Below are positions 19,440 through 28,966 of a stretch of DNA of 64,000 nt, piece by piece. The DNA is taken from positions 96,001 to 160,000 of IMG/VR virus record IMGVR_UViG_3300028591_000083. One strand, 5' to 3'. The position numbers and the translations under genes are program-made. The stretch's first letter is position 1, and every line of letters begins with the position of its first letter. This DNA is from a virus. Lineage: Duplodnaviria; Caudoviricetes. A model generated the notes under the pieces. That model ran no database searches. It saw only the letters and a program-made list of their open reading frames with translations, and was not told the DNA's origin.

Positions 19440-19841
19440 TTAATATGGGTTGGAAAACTCAGCTTCATGCATATCTAGGATTTCCTCGCACTCTTTAAGA
19501 TGTTCCTCTGTTTGCTTAAATCTATTCTTCCAGTATTCTTCATGTTCTTTATGATATTTTACCTGCTTACACAAGAATGCAATGATATCAAAGATTCCAT
19601 AATTTTCTACAATACGATCATAGACTTCCGGCGAGAATAATTTATACTGCTCAAACAATCTAATGAGTTCATTTTTACTTGGTGTATTAGGTGTTTCTTC
19701 TTTAAGTTCCTTAATTCTGCTACAGAGTAATTTTATAATATCACCTAGTGAGTTATCAATGATATTACTAACTTCTGAACAACTGTAAGTTGACATAGTT
19801 TCAATAAGATTATCTCTTGCAATAGATTCAACTGCTTTCAT
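19440..19841 (-). CDS. Hypothetical protein with internal duplication
   Basis: Two repeats (S.EV...I..N....DII..LC). Confidence 0.65.
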   Translation of the reverse strand: MKAVESIARDNLIETMSTYSCSEVSNIIDNSLGDIIKLLCSRIKELKEETPNTPSKNELIRLFEQYKLFSPEVYDRIVENYGIFDIIAFLCKQVKYHKEHEEYWKNRFKQTEEHLKECEEILDMHEAEFSNPY

Positions 19842-19991
19842 TTTTCTTCCTCCTTATACTTTTTCAATTCTTCACAAAGATTACGTATAATTTCATCCGA
19901 AGACATATTCACAAACCAATTCATCACTGTATCTTCATTATATAGTTCGCTGTCTATCAGGATATTTAAGATTTCTTGTTGTGTTATAAGA

Positions 19992-20310
19992 TCAAGCATC
20001 CTTAATCACTCTCTCTTTCAAATAAAGATCAATATAGGTTTTACCACACTCATTGCATGGATACTTATAAAAATACTCACATCTTTGACAAACTGGTTTA
20101 ACTGTCCAGTGTGGCGGATACCCAATATTTGATTCACTGATTTCATAATTACTATATTTACCACTATTAATGACTTCCTTAATTAGATTGGTTAGCTTCT
20201 TCATAGCCAATTCTTTTGTTTCAAAAATACCAAGATCTTCTAAAATAGTTTCTTCTTCTGACCTTAAATTTGAAACAAGTTGAACAATTACATAACCCCC
20301 TTTTACGCAT
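19992..20310 (-). pseudogene. Hypothetical gene apparently frameshifted at a G5 run (or non-ATG start)
   Basis: ATG CGT AAA AGG GGG is out of frame by one base with GYVIVQLV...LGIFETKELAMKK. Confidence 0.45.
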
Positions 20311-20315
20311 TAGTA

Positions 20316-20759
20316 TCAACCTACTTTCATAAAATCATCAATAAAGTCAACAAGTTCTTCTACTTCTGCAATGACTTCATGAATCCCGTAAGAATGACCT
20401 CTTTCCCATGCCTTTGCGAAAATAAGGTCTGCTTTCTTTTTAAGATTGTCAGGATGAATAAGTTCTGCATCTGCACCGGGAAAAATAGTTTTAAGTTCAT
20501 CTGCAATTAAACTAATAACCGTATTTTTTGCTAAGTCAAATTCATCTTTATGTTCTTTAATGAGTCTTTTTTGTTCTTCTTTATATTCTTTATTCTTTCT
20601 TTTTACTTCTTCACGATTCCATTTTACAGATTTTTCTTCGTCAAAAACATGACCTTCCTTATACATTGCAAATTTTTCATGATCTGGAAAGGCTGACATT
20701 TTATCAATTTTCTCAAACCATTCAATAATTGGTTTCCAATTTCCATATTCAAAAGTCAT
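20316..20759 (-). CDS. Conserved phage hypothetical protein
   Basis: VFDEEKSVKWNREEV and AWERGHSYG motifs. Confidence 0.7.
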   Translation of the reverse strand: MTFEYGNWKPIIEWFEKIDKMSAFPDHEKFAMYKEGHVFDEEKSVKWNREEVKRKNKEYKEEQKRLIKEHKDEFDLAKNTVISLIADELKTIFPGADAELIHPDNLKKKADLIFAKAWERGHSYGIHEVIAEVEELVDFIDDFMKVG

Positions 20760-20939
20760 AAGTTACTCCTTATAATTACTTACAAATTCCAGTGTTCTTT
20801 GATATGCTGATTTTTTATGTTTCTCTGCTTTGAAACGAACAAAGTGCAAGGCTTGATTAAAACTATATGCTTGAGTATAATATCTTACTCCCCTATATCT
20901 TATTATATACAGTGATTTGTCCTTCAACTCTAACTCACC

Positions 20940-21302
20940 TCATTTATAAAAATACCTATCAATAAGTTGTTGCATATTTTCTTTTCCGACTGGATTCATC
21001 GTGTGAAGTCTGAACTTGAATTTTTCTGTTGTATATCCAATCTCAATCATCCACAAGATTATTTTATAGGCATCTCCGCCATCTTCTGCAAAATCTAAAA
21101 GGTCATGATCTAGGTCAAGGAGATATCCGTCATATCTATTTTGTTTAATTGCCATTTCAAGTAATAGTTTTGCATAGTTTACGGATTTTGCTCTGTATGT
21201 GATATAAGTGTTCATTCCGAACTCCGGTTCTTCACGTACACAATGCCGAACATTGATTTCCGGAATAGGACGCAGATCATCTAACCAAACGTACATAATC
21301 AC
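20940..21302 (-). CDS. Cyclic-phosphate-processing receiver-domain protein
   Basis: VWLDDLRP, DLDHDL, HTMNPVG..NM. Confidence 0.8.
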   Translation of the reverse strand: MIMYVWLDDLRPIPEINVRHCVREEPEFGMNTYITYRAKSVNYAKLLLEMAIKQNRYDGYLLDLDHDLLDFAEDGGDAYKIILWMIEIGYTTEKFKFRLHTMNPVGKENMQQLIDRYFYK

Positions 21303-21319
21303 GTTTTATCTACCTCCAA

Positions 21320-21553
21320 TCAGATTGCGAATTCATTATAAACTCGCTGTCTGTAATATCCGATATAATACGGCTTCATGTTTTTAGTCAATTCCCCGTA
21401 CTTTTTGAATTCAGATTTTTCAATCTTATGGTTTTCTTTAAGATCACCGTGAAGATATCCGTGCTCATCAAAATAAGAGTTTTCAAGTTCCTCTACCATT
21501 ACGGACAGGATCTTTCCACTCTTTCCGCCTCTGATAATCTGTACTCTATTCAT
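21320..21553 (-). CDS. Hypothetical protein
   Basis: AGGAGG RBS after promoter. Confidence 0.65.
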   Translation of the reverse strand: MNRVQIIRGGKSGKILSVMVEELENSYFDEHGYLHGDLKENHKIEKSEFKKYGELTKNMKPYYIGYYRQRVYNEFAI

Positions 21554-21600
21554 TGTGTTTCCTCCTATTTGACATCTTTATTCCTTTTGCTTACAAATAT

Positions 21601-21629
21601 AGTATAACACATTTTATTGAAAATGTCAA
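21601..21629 (-). promoter_or_regulatory. sigmaA-type promoter
   Basis: TTGACA-17-TATACT. Confidence 0.85.
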
Positions 21630-21651
21630 GTCTTTTCAGAAAATAAAAGAT

Positions 21652-21682
21652 AAAATCCATGCCAAAATATGACATGGATTTT
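21652..21682 (-). terminator. Intrinsic terminator
   Basis: aaaatccatg...catggatttt hairpin. Confidence 0.75.
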
Positions 21683-21702
21683 TGTTGAATATATACAAAG
21701 AA

Positions 21703-22014
21703 TTAAAAATAATCAAACCATTTGACTGCCTTGAACGGCTTATCTTCTGAATCATAAAAGCAAGGATCAGTGTTTTCTGACTCACTGTAAAAGGAACCGA
21801 TTTCAATGATATGATTTTCATCTTCCATCATAATAGCTCTGTCATAGTTATCTTCCGGAAGTTCTTTATCTACATCATGCCATAGATCGGCATCTTCAAC
21901 ATCTACTATCATATCCAGCACATCTGAATATGCTTTTCTCGCTTCTCCTTGTGAGTTCTTGTACTTATTTTGTACTTTTTCAAAAATGTCATCTGCAAAA
22001 ATAATTCTTTTCAT
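21703..22014 (-). CDS. DUF551-like protein
   Basis: WHDV..ELPE...VKW. Confidence 0.55.
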   Translation of the reverse strand: MKRIIFADDIFEKVQNKYKNSQGEARKAYSDVLDMIVDVEDADLWHDVDKELPEDNYDRAIMMEDENHIIEIGSFYSESENTDPCFYDSEDKPFKAVKWFDYF

Positions 22015-22034
22015 TGTTAGGTTTCCTCCTTGTT

Positions 22035-22400
22035 TTAAAACCCTTCTGGTAAATCTTTCGGGTAGTATTCACCACACCACAAACCAGTTGGATTTCTATA
22101 AGTACAACTGTCTCCGCAATATTTACAATCCTTACAGGTTGGCTCGTTTTTAGGGTTTATATAGTTTCGATATTCATCTAAATATTTTTGTATTACTTCT
22201 TTTGTTTCATTCGTAACCTTTGAGTCTTTCATATTGCTAAGTGGAGATGGATAAATTTCATAATCTTTCGACACCCCAATATTCTCCAATTTATTTGCAA
22301 GAATAGCAGAAATAGCAAACATCAGATTTTTATATCCATATTCATCACACAGTTTTTCGATTGTAGTATAATCTAACTTTGAAAGCATTTCCATAGTCAA
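22035..22400 (-). CDS. Hypothetical protein, C-terminal Cys cluster
   Basis: CKDCKYC...C...C. Confidence 0.6.
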   Translation of the reverse strand: MTMEMLSKLDYTTIEKLCDEYGYKNLMFAISAILANKLENIGVSKDYEIYPSPLSNMKDSKVTNETKEVIQKYLDEYRNYINPKNEPTCKDCKYCGDSCTYRNPTGLWCGEYYPKDLPEGF

Positions 22401-23194
22401 TATTCCTCCTCTCTTATTTTCATATCATTCATCGACCGAATATCATTAAGATATCTTTCTGCTTTATCAACATTTCCGTTTACAAATTCATGAACAAGCT
22501 CTTCTAACCTCTGAGGATAACCTATTGGAAGAATATAGTTTTTCTTATTTCTAAAAAACCAATCAATTTCTTTTAGAATTTCCATTGGTAAATTTGTATT
22601 ACAAACTCCGTTCGGCTGCATAAATGGACATTTATGTAGCTTTGGAAATTTTTCACTTGCATTTTGTTTTTCACCATAATACCTTTCCTGACATCCGGCA
22701 TTGCAAATAGTGGAACCAAGCCCCCATTGATTAGGAATAATGTAATAAGAAAAGAAATCATTTATATTATCAAATGTCAAAATAAAGAAATCATTTGTTT
22801 CTTCTGCGTGTTCTGTGATATAATAACAGACCTCAAAAATTGACTTAGTGATATCTCCATATTTATAGGTTTTATCGTATCTAAACGTGAGACTGATATT
22901 TTGATTCACAACTCCACTTTTGTATTCATCAAATGTTCGCTTCTCCTTCTTATCAATAACCACAAATGGAATTTGATACATCATTGTGATCTCAGAAATC
23001 GGCGCGCTTTTTATGTCTGAGATCTTATTTTGCACCATTTCACGGATTCCAAATTTAGGAATAATAATCTGCCCCAATGAGAAAATAACATTGTTAGGAT
23101 CTTGCGTAAAAGGATAAGGATATCCTTTTGTTTCAAACTTATGACTGAATGATAGGAAATTCAAAATATCCTGAAAAGATTTATACTCACTCAT
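22397..23194 (-). CDS. Hypothetical protein
   Basis: 265-aa ORF, GGAGG RBS. Confidence 0.65.
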   Translation of the reverse strand: MSEYKSFQDILNFLSFSHKFETKGYPYPFTQDPNNVIFSLGQIIIPKFGIREMVQNKISDIKSAPISEITMMYQIPFVVIDKKEKRTFDEYKSGVVNQNISLTFRYDKTYKYGDITKSIFEVCYYITEHAEETNDFFILTFDNINDFFSYYIIPNQWGLGSTICNAGCQERYYGEKQNASEKFPKLHKCPFMQPNGVCNTNLPMEILKEIDWFFRNKKNYILPIGYPQRLEELVHEFVNGNVDKAERYLNDIRSMNDMKIREEEY

Positions 23195-23237
23195 TATTGA
23201 CTATTCCTCCATGAATTATTTGTTTAGTTTCAACTGA

Positions 23238-23552
23238 CTATGGAAGTGGCATCCAATGTGTTATTTTATCAAGATCCATAAATCCGCAATCAGTATCAAA
23301 AACATCTTCGGAACATAAATATCCAACAACATAATCACAATTACTTTGGCGAAGTAGTACATCCTTATCTTTTTCCGGCAACCTCTCGCTACACGGAATA
23401 CAGAGGTTAGCAGCAGGAATGTCGTTTATTGCCTTATATGCCTTTTCTTCATCAGCTTTTGAAAATGAACTTGCAATGATGTCATACTCTCCAAATAAAA
23501 TCATATCTTCAAGCAATCCGATTACATCAGATCGTCTTATCAAATCATCCAT
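23238..23552 (-). CDS. DUF551-family protein
   Basis: IPCSERLPE...VL...THWMPLP. Confidence 0.75.
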   Translation of the reverse strand: MDDLIRRSDVIGLLEDMILFGEYDIIASSFSKADEEKAYKAINDIPAANLCIPCSERLPEKDKDVLLRQSNCDYVVGYLCSEDVFDTDCGFMDLDKITHWMPLP

Positions 23553-23897
23553 TGTCAACAACCTCCTCACTCAGCTTGGACTTGAGATATTCAACTTCCA
23601 GCTCCTTTGCTGCAAGATCATTAATCAAAGTCGTTATCTCGCTATTGAGTTCTCTCTCCTCTGCGTCTTTTTTCTCATAAATATCAATAAGTGCGCATAT
23701 CACTTTTAAGGTTCGTTGCTTAATTATTCTATCTCTATCGTCAATATATATATATTAATATCAAACATGGAATCAAGCTCTTTAACACACCATAGGAGTG
23801 AACCTTCCTCAGCACCGTTATCGGTTGGACCAAATCCATAGATGGCATTTTCATGCTCACTGAAGAACTCAATAACCTTATCGTAATCGTCATTCAT
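23545..23897 (-). pseudogene. Hypothetical gene frameshifted at an (AT)6 repeat
   Basis: Removing one AT unit at 23744-23755 gives a 116-aa ORF overlapping both neighbours. Confidence 0.6.
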
Positions 23898-24268
23898 TCT
23901 GCTACCTCTCCCATCATAACGCTGTCAGCCATATAAAGCTGCACCTCTGTTGGTGTGCGCAAGTCCATCACTGCACCGCAATGCGGACACCGTGAAAAAT
24001 ATTTTGTCAATTCTTGATTGCAGACGGAAACATCAACAGGGACAGGGAATCGTTTACACTCACTGCAAAATGTATTGTTAATCCACCGACCGTGCCTCAC
24101 TGGTTCGGCTTCGATTATGGGCAGTTCTGCAAAAAATCTGTAATTATTACAATTACCAGCAACAAAGTCCGGATGTGTTGAACGCATAGCATTTTCACAC
24201 TTCTCACAATAGCCGCACGTATCACACATCTTTTTCAACGCTGCCTGTCTGTCAATCAGTTCTTGCAT
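23894..24268 (-). CDS. Zn-ribbon protein (V.HGRW...CS.C...CP.CGA.MD family)
   Basis: Motif visible; paralogous C-terminus in 25950..26333. Confidence 0.7.
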   Translation of the reverse strand: MQELIDRQAALKKMCDTCGYCEKCENAMRSTHPDFVAGNCNNYRFFAELPIIEAEPVRHGRWINNTFCSECKRFPVPVDVSVCNQELTKYFSRCPHCGAVMDLRTPTEVQLYMADSVMMGEVAE

Positions 24269-24285
24269 CTCTGTTCACCTCCACC

Positions 24286-24543
24286 TCACTGATAATGATG
24301 CCCATACTTCGTACCGTTCATCGTCCGTGTTGCCCCATTTCCGCAATTTACTCTGCCTTGTCGTGAACGTCCGATGGTATGTGAGCCGATTTGCACGTTC
24401 ACTTCAAGCTGATATACGGCGTCAACATCTTCGTAACAATATTCGCTCTTTGGATTCTCCTCCATATAAGCATCAAGGATTTTCACCCGTGCAATATGTT
24501 TTGCCTTGATGTACTTCCTAAATTCATCAGTCGTGAATACCAT
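24286..24543 (-). CDS. Hypothetical protein
   Basis: GAGGAGG RBS before MVFTTDE. Confidence 0.55.
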   Translation of the reverse strand: MVFTTDEFRKYIKAKHIARVKILDAYMEENPKSEYCYEDVDAVYQLEVNVQIGSHTIGRSRQGRVNCGNGATRTMNGTKYGHHYQ

Positions 24544-24694
24544 CTTCTTCAGCCTCCTCATACAACCAATCAACACGGCAATCGCTGCACGAATCGTGAT
24601 CGCATTCAATTCCTTTTTCCTCACAAGGACAAATCTTGATAATACCTGCAAGCTCATCCGCGCTCATTTCTCTGATTCTGTCAATGTTCAACAT
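24527..24694 (-). CDS. Small Cys-rich protein, N.DRIR.M..ELA family
   Basis: 55 aa below track cutoff: MLNIDRIREMSADELAGIIKICPC...C...C..C...WL. Confidence 0.65.
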   Translation of the reverse strand: MLNIDRIREMSADELAGIIKICPCEEKGIECDHDSCSDCRVDWLYEEAEEDGIHD

Positions 24695-25061
24695 CTTTGT
24701 CACCATCTTTCATTATACATATTCTCATTATATTATATGCAATATTCAATCCTGCTTTGATTCCAGCATGATAGCTTTGTGTTGCATATTCATTATTCTC
24801 AATAATATTACATTGCTTGTCGATTTCTTCTTTCAATATTTCATATGCTTTATCCATATCGAAGTTAAGAATCTTCGGAGATTGTAGACGGCTTTCTACC
24901 TCTTTCCACAGAGAAACTGTGTCTTCTGAAAAATCAGGATGAAACTGTGCAGTGTTCTTTTTACTGTGAGTTATATAATCACATCCGATTGCAGATACAA
25001 ACATTCTTAAAAGCATTTCGTTGCTTTCCTGTGCGATTCTATTACTGTTCATCTTCTTCAA
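24681..25061 (-). CDS. Hypothetical protein
   Basis: Coupled ORF. Confidence 0.6.
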   Translation of the reverse strand: MKKMNSNRIAQESNEMLLRMFVSAIGCDYITHSKKNTAQFHPDFSEDTVSLWKEVESRLQSPKILNFDMDKAYEILKEEIDKQCNIIENNEYATQSYHAGIKAGLNIAYNIMRICIMKDGDKDVEH

Positions 25062-25434
25062 CCTCCTTTCTCAACCATTCAATAGCAGCATCTTTGCATT
25101 TTTTGCCTTTACATCCAGATTTATACGTGCATTTTGAGCACGTAAAATAGTTACTATTCAGCAAAAGATTTTCCGCAAGCTCCTCATCCGCCATCTGTCT
25201 AATACTGTCGCCGTTCGTTTTCGGACTTACAGCAGTTTTACACAGCTCCAAAAAATCAGACCTTGATTTTTCTTTGATCTCTTCTGCTAGAATTCCCATC
25301 TCATGTGAATATATTTGTCTACCCATGATTTCAGTGACATACTTGTAAAACTCGTCAAGATCATCACCTGTCAGCATTACAACTCCTGTAAATGCCATAA
25401 TCACAGCACATTCATGTTTTGTCATTTTCTTCAC
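25042..25434 (-). CDS. Protein with C-terminal TNGD.IR.M.DEELA domain
   Basis: KTNGDSIRQMADEELAE...C..C...C...C...WL. Confidence 0.65.
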   Translation of the reverse strand: MKKMTKHECAVIMAFTGVVMLTGDDLDEFYKYVTEIMGRQIYSHEMGILAEEIKEKSRSDFLELCKTAVSPKTNGDSIRQMADEELAENLLLNSNYFTCSKCTYKSGCKGKKCKDAAIEWLRKEVEEDEQ

Positions 25435-25726
25435 ACTCCTGTTTAAGCCATTTCAAAGCGCATTCAATACAACTGATATCTTCTCTACTACATCTTTCAA
25501 CATTATGGCAGATAAATGCTTCGAGCTGAGTAGCCAGCTCCTCGTCTGTCATCTGCCGTATGCGATCAGCATTGCTTTTTGGCGGTGTGGTGACTTCTCT
25601 GAAAATATCCATTTGTGCATTGTTGATAAAATCTAAATCTGAATGAAGTGCAGGATAATGCTTTTTATCGCTCATAGCAACTAAGCCAATTTGTTGACAC
25701 AATTTCATGATTTTCTCTTTATCCAT
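25412..25726 (-). CDS. Protein with C-terminal SNADRIR.M.DEELA domain
   Basis: KSNADRIRQMTDEELA...C...C...C..C...WL. Confidence 0.65.
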   Translation of the reverse strand: MDKEKIMKLCQQIGLVAMSDKKHYPALHSDLDFINNAQMDIFREVTTPPKSNADRIRQMTDEELATQLEAFICHNVERCSREDISCIECALKWLKQECEENDKT

Positions 25727-25738
25727 TCATTCCACTCC

Positions 25739-25978
25739 TTAATCATTCCAAACTTCAACATCAATCTTATTTCCATCAGCATCGTAGTGTACGGATTTCC
25801 CCCACGGATATCCAGCAGAGTGATAGTTGATCTGGAATCTATCAACTCCGTATTTTCTGCATAACTCACATCCTCTCCGAATCGCATCTTCAAGATGCTC
25901 TTTCAATGTGATTGTCATCATGTTAAAAATCTGTTGGTGTCCGTTCCTGTCAATAAGACTTATCGTGTTGTAAGGCAT
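25739..25978 (-). CDS. Hypothetical protein
   Basis: Coupled ORF. Confidence 0.55.
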   Translation of the reverse strand: MPYNTISLIDRNGHQQIFNMMTITLKEHLEDAIRRGCELCRKYGVDRFQINYHSAGYPWGKSVHYDADGNKIDVEVWND

Positions 25979-26333
25979 CCATTTTCGTGCCGCATTCTTT
26001 GCACCAATTTGAACAATCGCAATGTCTCATATTCTTTTCTATCGGCGCATACTTACCGCAATATGAGCAGTAGTATTCATTCGGGCTTTCTTCTATCCAC
26101 CGCCCGTGCCGCACAAATGTGATCTCCACAGTTCTTTCCGGTTTCTTCGCCTGAATCTCATTCTGAATATTGAATGCCATATCGTCAATGTGAACAATCG
26201 GCAGTGCCTCTATTTCGTCAAGCATTTCTCTGAGGTCATGACCGGCTTTTGAACAACTACCGTCATCATCTGGACAATATGCAGAACAAATAGTAAGCAC
26301 GTCTTCTAGCTTAACTAGTTCCATTATCTTCAT
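25950..26333 (-). CDS. Zn-ribbon protein
   Basis: VRHGRW...CSYCG...CKECG.KMD. Confidence 0.65.
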   Translation of the reverse strand: MKIMELVKLEDVLTICSAYCPDDDGSCSKAGHDLREMLDEIEALPIVHIDDMAFNIQNEIQAKKPERTVEITFVRHGRWIEESPNEYYCSYCGKYAPIEKNMRHCDCSNWCKECGTKMDALQHDKSY

Positions 26334-26637
26334 TAACCTTCTTTCTCAACCATTCTAAAATGCCTCTACTACATTCTGCATTATCGTCACAACCTTCTTC
26401 ATATGCACAGTGTGCACATTGAGAATTGTCAAGAAGTTCTGCAAGTTCTTCATCATTCATTTCTCTAAGTCTGTCACCATTAGTCTTTTTTGGTTTGATT
26501 ATATTAACTATATGTTCAATTTCCGCAGTTAGATCAAAATAATGTGAATATTCGAGTCTATTAGAATCCCACAATTCATATGCCATAGCCTCAATTCTAT
26601 CGCAAAGTTCTAACATCTCATCGTTTGTCACTTTCAA
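26311..26637 (-). CDS. Protein with C-terminal TNGDRLR.M.DEELA domain
   Basis: KTNGDRLREMNDEELAE...C..C...C...C...WL. Confidence 0.65.
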   Translation of the reverse strand: MKVTNDEMLELCDRIEAMAYELWDSNRLEYSHYFDLTAEIEHIVNIIKPKKTNGDRLREMNDEELAELLDNSQCAHCAYEEGCDDNAECSRGILEWLRKKVNEDNGTS

Positions 26638-26809
26638 TCACCTCAGAACGTAACCAGATTTTCCGGCATTCATCACAACTTATCTTCTTATCTGTTTCAT
26701 ATGGACATATTTTTACATGATCACAAATAGATTCTCCTAAGAATTCTATAAGTTCTTCCTCATTCATGTTTTTGATTCTGTCAGCATTAGTCATACTAAA
26801 CTCACCCAT
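26618..26809 (-). CDS. Small TNADRI..M.EEEL-domain protein
   Basis: MTNADRIKNMNEEEL...C...C...C..C...WL. Confidence 0.65.
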   Translation of the reverse strand: MGEFSMTNADRIKNMNEEELIEFLGESICDHVKICPYETDKKISCDECRKIWLRSEVIESDKR

Positions 26810-27506
26810 TATTCAAATAATCGCAAACTTTCTGACAATCTTCAAGGTTTCTAAAATACATTCTACAAGCATCATAGCTGCTAAACTTTGTGAAATCTTC
26901 CCCGTCATAACATCTGCGAATTTCTGTATAATCATAATCAGTATTAAAATATTCATTTAACTGATGTTTATGAACATAGATAAGCTCAACACCGTTCATT
27001 TCATACTCTTTAATTCGCTTCAATTCTTTTTCTTTCATATAGACAAGAACTGCTTCTTCTGGACGATATGTATATCTTCTTTGTGAACAGTATGGGCAAC
27101 TTTCTGTATGCTCTTTTCCACTCGGCGCTAAGAAATGAATTGTTCTGGAATCATCACATTTATCACATTTAGGATTCAAATATTCCCAATCTCCGTGAAC
27201 ACACCATGCCGGAGATTCAATCATTGTAAGAAATTCATTTAGTTTCAGTTGCTTTGCTTTTTCTTCTACTTCTGATTCTGTTTTCTTTAACTTATTTTCA
27301 AGCTGATTTATTCTGTTATCATACTGCTCTTTTTCTTCTCGGAACTCTTTAAGATCAGCAAGTTCTTTTTCAAGACGTTCAATTTTATCTTTGACTTCCT
27401 TCTTTACTTCTTTTCGCAATGCTTCTTTGAAGTTATAAATAAGTTCATCTGATTCAGACGGTTCATCCCAGAAATCAGAGTCCATACGAATTGCACAATC
27501 AAACAT
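26802..27506 (-). CDS. Coiled-coil plus Zn-finger phage protein
   Basis: PKCDKCD..R.I.F..PSG...CPYC; start MFDCA. Confidence 0.65.
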   Translation of the reverse strand: MFDCAIRMDSDFWDEPSESDELIYNFKEALRKEVKKEVKDKIERLEKELADLKEFREEKEQYDNRINQLENKLKKTESEVEEKAKQLKLNEFLTMIESPAWCVHGDWEYLNPKCDKCDDSRTIHFLAPSGKEHTESCPYCSQRRYTYRPEEAVLVYMKEKELKRIKEYEMNGVELIYVHKHQLNEYFNTDYDYTEIRRCYDGEDFTKFSSYDACRMYFRNLEDCQKVCDYLNNG

Positions 27507-27529
27507 GATTTTCTCCTTTATAAACAATT
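27497..27529. repeat. Direct repeat copy 1 (gene-junction repeat)
   Basis: aatcaaacatgattttctcctttataaacaatt. Confidence 0.75.
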
Positions 27530-28761
27530 TCAACATATCCGTTAAAGAAGTCGTTTTTTGTAAAAACATAAATGTAAGGTTTATCAGCAAACGTAGATGG
27601 AGTTGCAACATGGATTTGGGTATATGCTGCCGAATATCCTGTGATTATTGCATTACAAACATCATCTTTCTTGAATTTAGAACAACCAACAGAATAAGGA
27701 TCATTAAACTTCAACTTGATAAAAGTTCCAACAGGGAAATTATCCTTGTCGAAGTATTTGAAGGTTTTTGTTTTTACAATTTCAAACTTATTTTCAATTT
27801 CAATCTTTGTAGCAGTAACAGCTTTCTTCTCTAAATCTACAAAATCAGTGGAAGATTGTTTGATTTCAGGATTTTCTTTATTTCCAAGAAAATAACATTT
27901 TAATCTCTTAAATAGTACGTCAAACGCTTCTTTTAGATGTGGATTTATTGAAATTCCAATATTATAATCATTTATAACAATATCGTTGCTGTGATCATTA
28001 TCAAAAACCGTAAGAATTCTATGCTTATATAATCCAGTAACTCTTGGAAACACCGCATATAAGATTCTGATATTTTTAACGTGATCATCTTCGTTTTCTT
28101 TTTTACGAGAAAATATCAGTGTCATTTCTGTTTCATTATCAATACACCGAATAACATCTAATTGAAATTCTGTAATGTCGTTGATAGGAATTGTTGTTAA
28201 TAATTTATAACTGCTTGTAATACCGCCGGAACATACAGGAAATATGAATGAATGTCCGTTCCTATCAATACCATTTTCAAATACTCCTTTAACTATATCA
28301 TGAATAGATTTCAATGTTTTATCCATATTTTCTGGTTTAAGAAGTTGTAATTTAGCATATAGGTTTGCCGTAGAGTTAGGACTAAGACATTGCCAAAAAG
28401 AATCGAATTCTTCTAAGTTATACGAAACGTAGTACCGAATTGGATCTTTTAGAACTTCAATCGAAAACAGTACAGCACTTTCTTGCTTAAACGGGCTTTT
28501 TGTAATAAGAACAGAATTATTGACCATGGTTATTTTAATTTCTTGATTGACCTGATTTTGTTGTTCTCGACCATATAAAAAGAAATCTAAAAAAGTTCCT
28601 GAATAAGTTTCATCGTTCTGCCTATCAATAAAAACAGAACCGCCAGCATTTTTCCACAACCTTACAACAGGTTCAATCCAGTCTTCAACAACTTCACAAA
28701 CCTTATTAAAACATTCCAAAAGCTCTTTACACGGAATCATACGGTAGTCCTCCTTTATCAA
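27499..28761 (-). CDS. Hypothetical protein
   Basis: 420-aa ORF, no motif recognised. Confidence 0.7.
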   Translation of the reverse strand: MIKEDYRMIPCKELLECFNKVCEVVEDWIEPVVRLWKNAGGSVFIDRQNDETYSGTFLDFFLYGREQQNQVNQEIKITMVNNSVLITKSPFKQESAVLFSIEVLKDPIRYYVSYNLEEFDSFWQCLSPNSTANLYAKLQLLKPENMDKTLKSIHDIVKGVFENGIDRNGHSFIFPVCSGGITSSYKLLTTIPINDITEFQLDVIRCIDNETEMTLIFSRKKENEDDHVKNIRILYAVFPRVTGLYKHRILTVFDNDHSNDIVINDYNIGISINPHLKEAFDVLFKRLKCYFLGNKENPEIKQSSTDFVDLEKKAVTATKIEIENKFEIVKTKTFKYFDKDNFPVGTFIKLKFNDPYSVGCSKFKKDDVCNAIITGYSAAYTQIHVATPSTFADKPYIYVFTKNDFFNGYVEIVYKGENHV

Positions 28762-28942
28762 CTAAACCATCATCAGAACCGCAGAAAAGATCACAAGCAA
28801 GTCCACCTTCCTGTGCATAATGACCACCTTGATAAAATGGCGAAGGTGAATTGCACCAACCGCCGTATTCACATGGTTTACCAAAACTATCTTTTCCAGT
28901 GAGTTTGAAATACTCACAATCTGTGCAGTAAAAATCAAACAT
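28727..28942 (-). CDS. Small Cys-rich protein
   Basis: C..C..F...G.C...C..F. Confidence 0.6.
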   Translation of the reverse strand: MFDFYCTDCEYFKLTGKDSFGKPCEYGGWCNSPSPFYQGGHYAQEGGLACDLFCGSDDGLVDKGGLPYDSV

Positions 28943-28966
28943 GATTTTCCCCTTTAATAAACAATT
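28933..28966. repeat. Direct repeat copy 2
   Basis: aatcaaacatgattttcccctttaataaacaatt. Confidence 0.75.
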
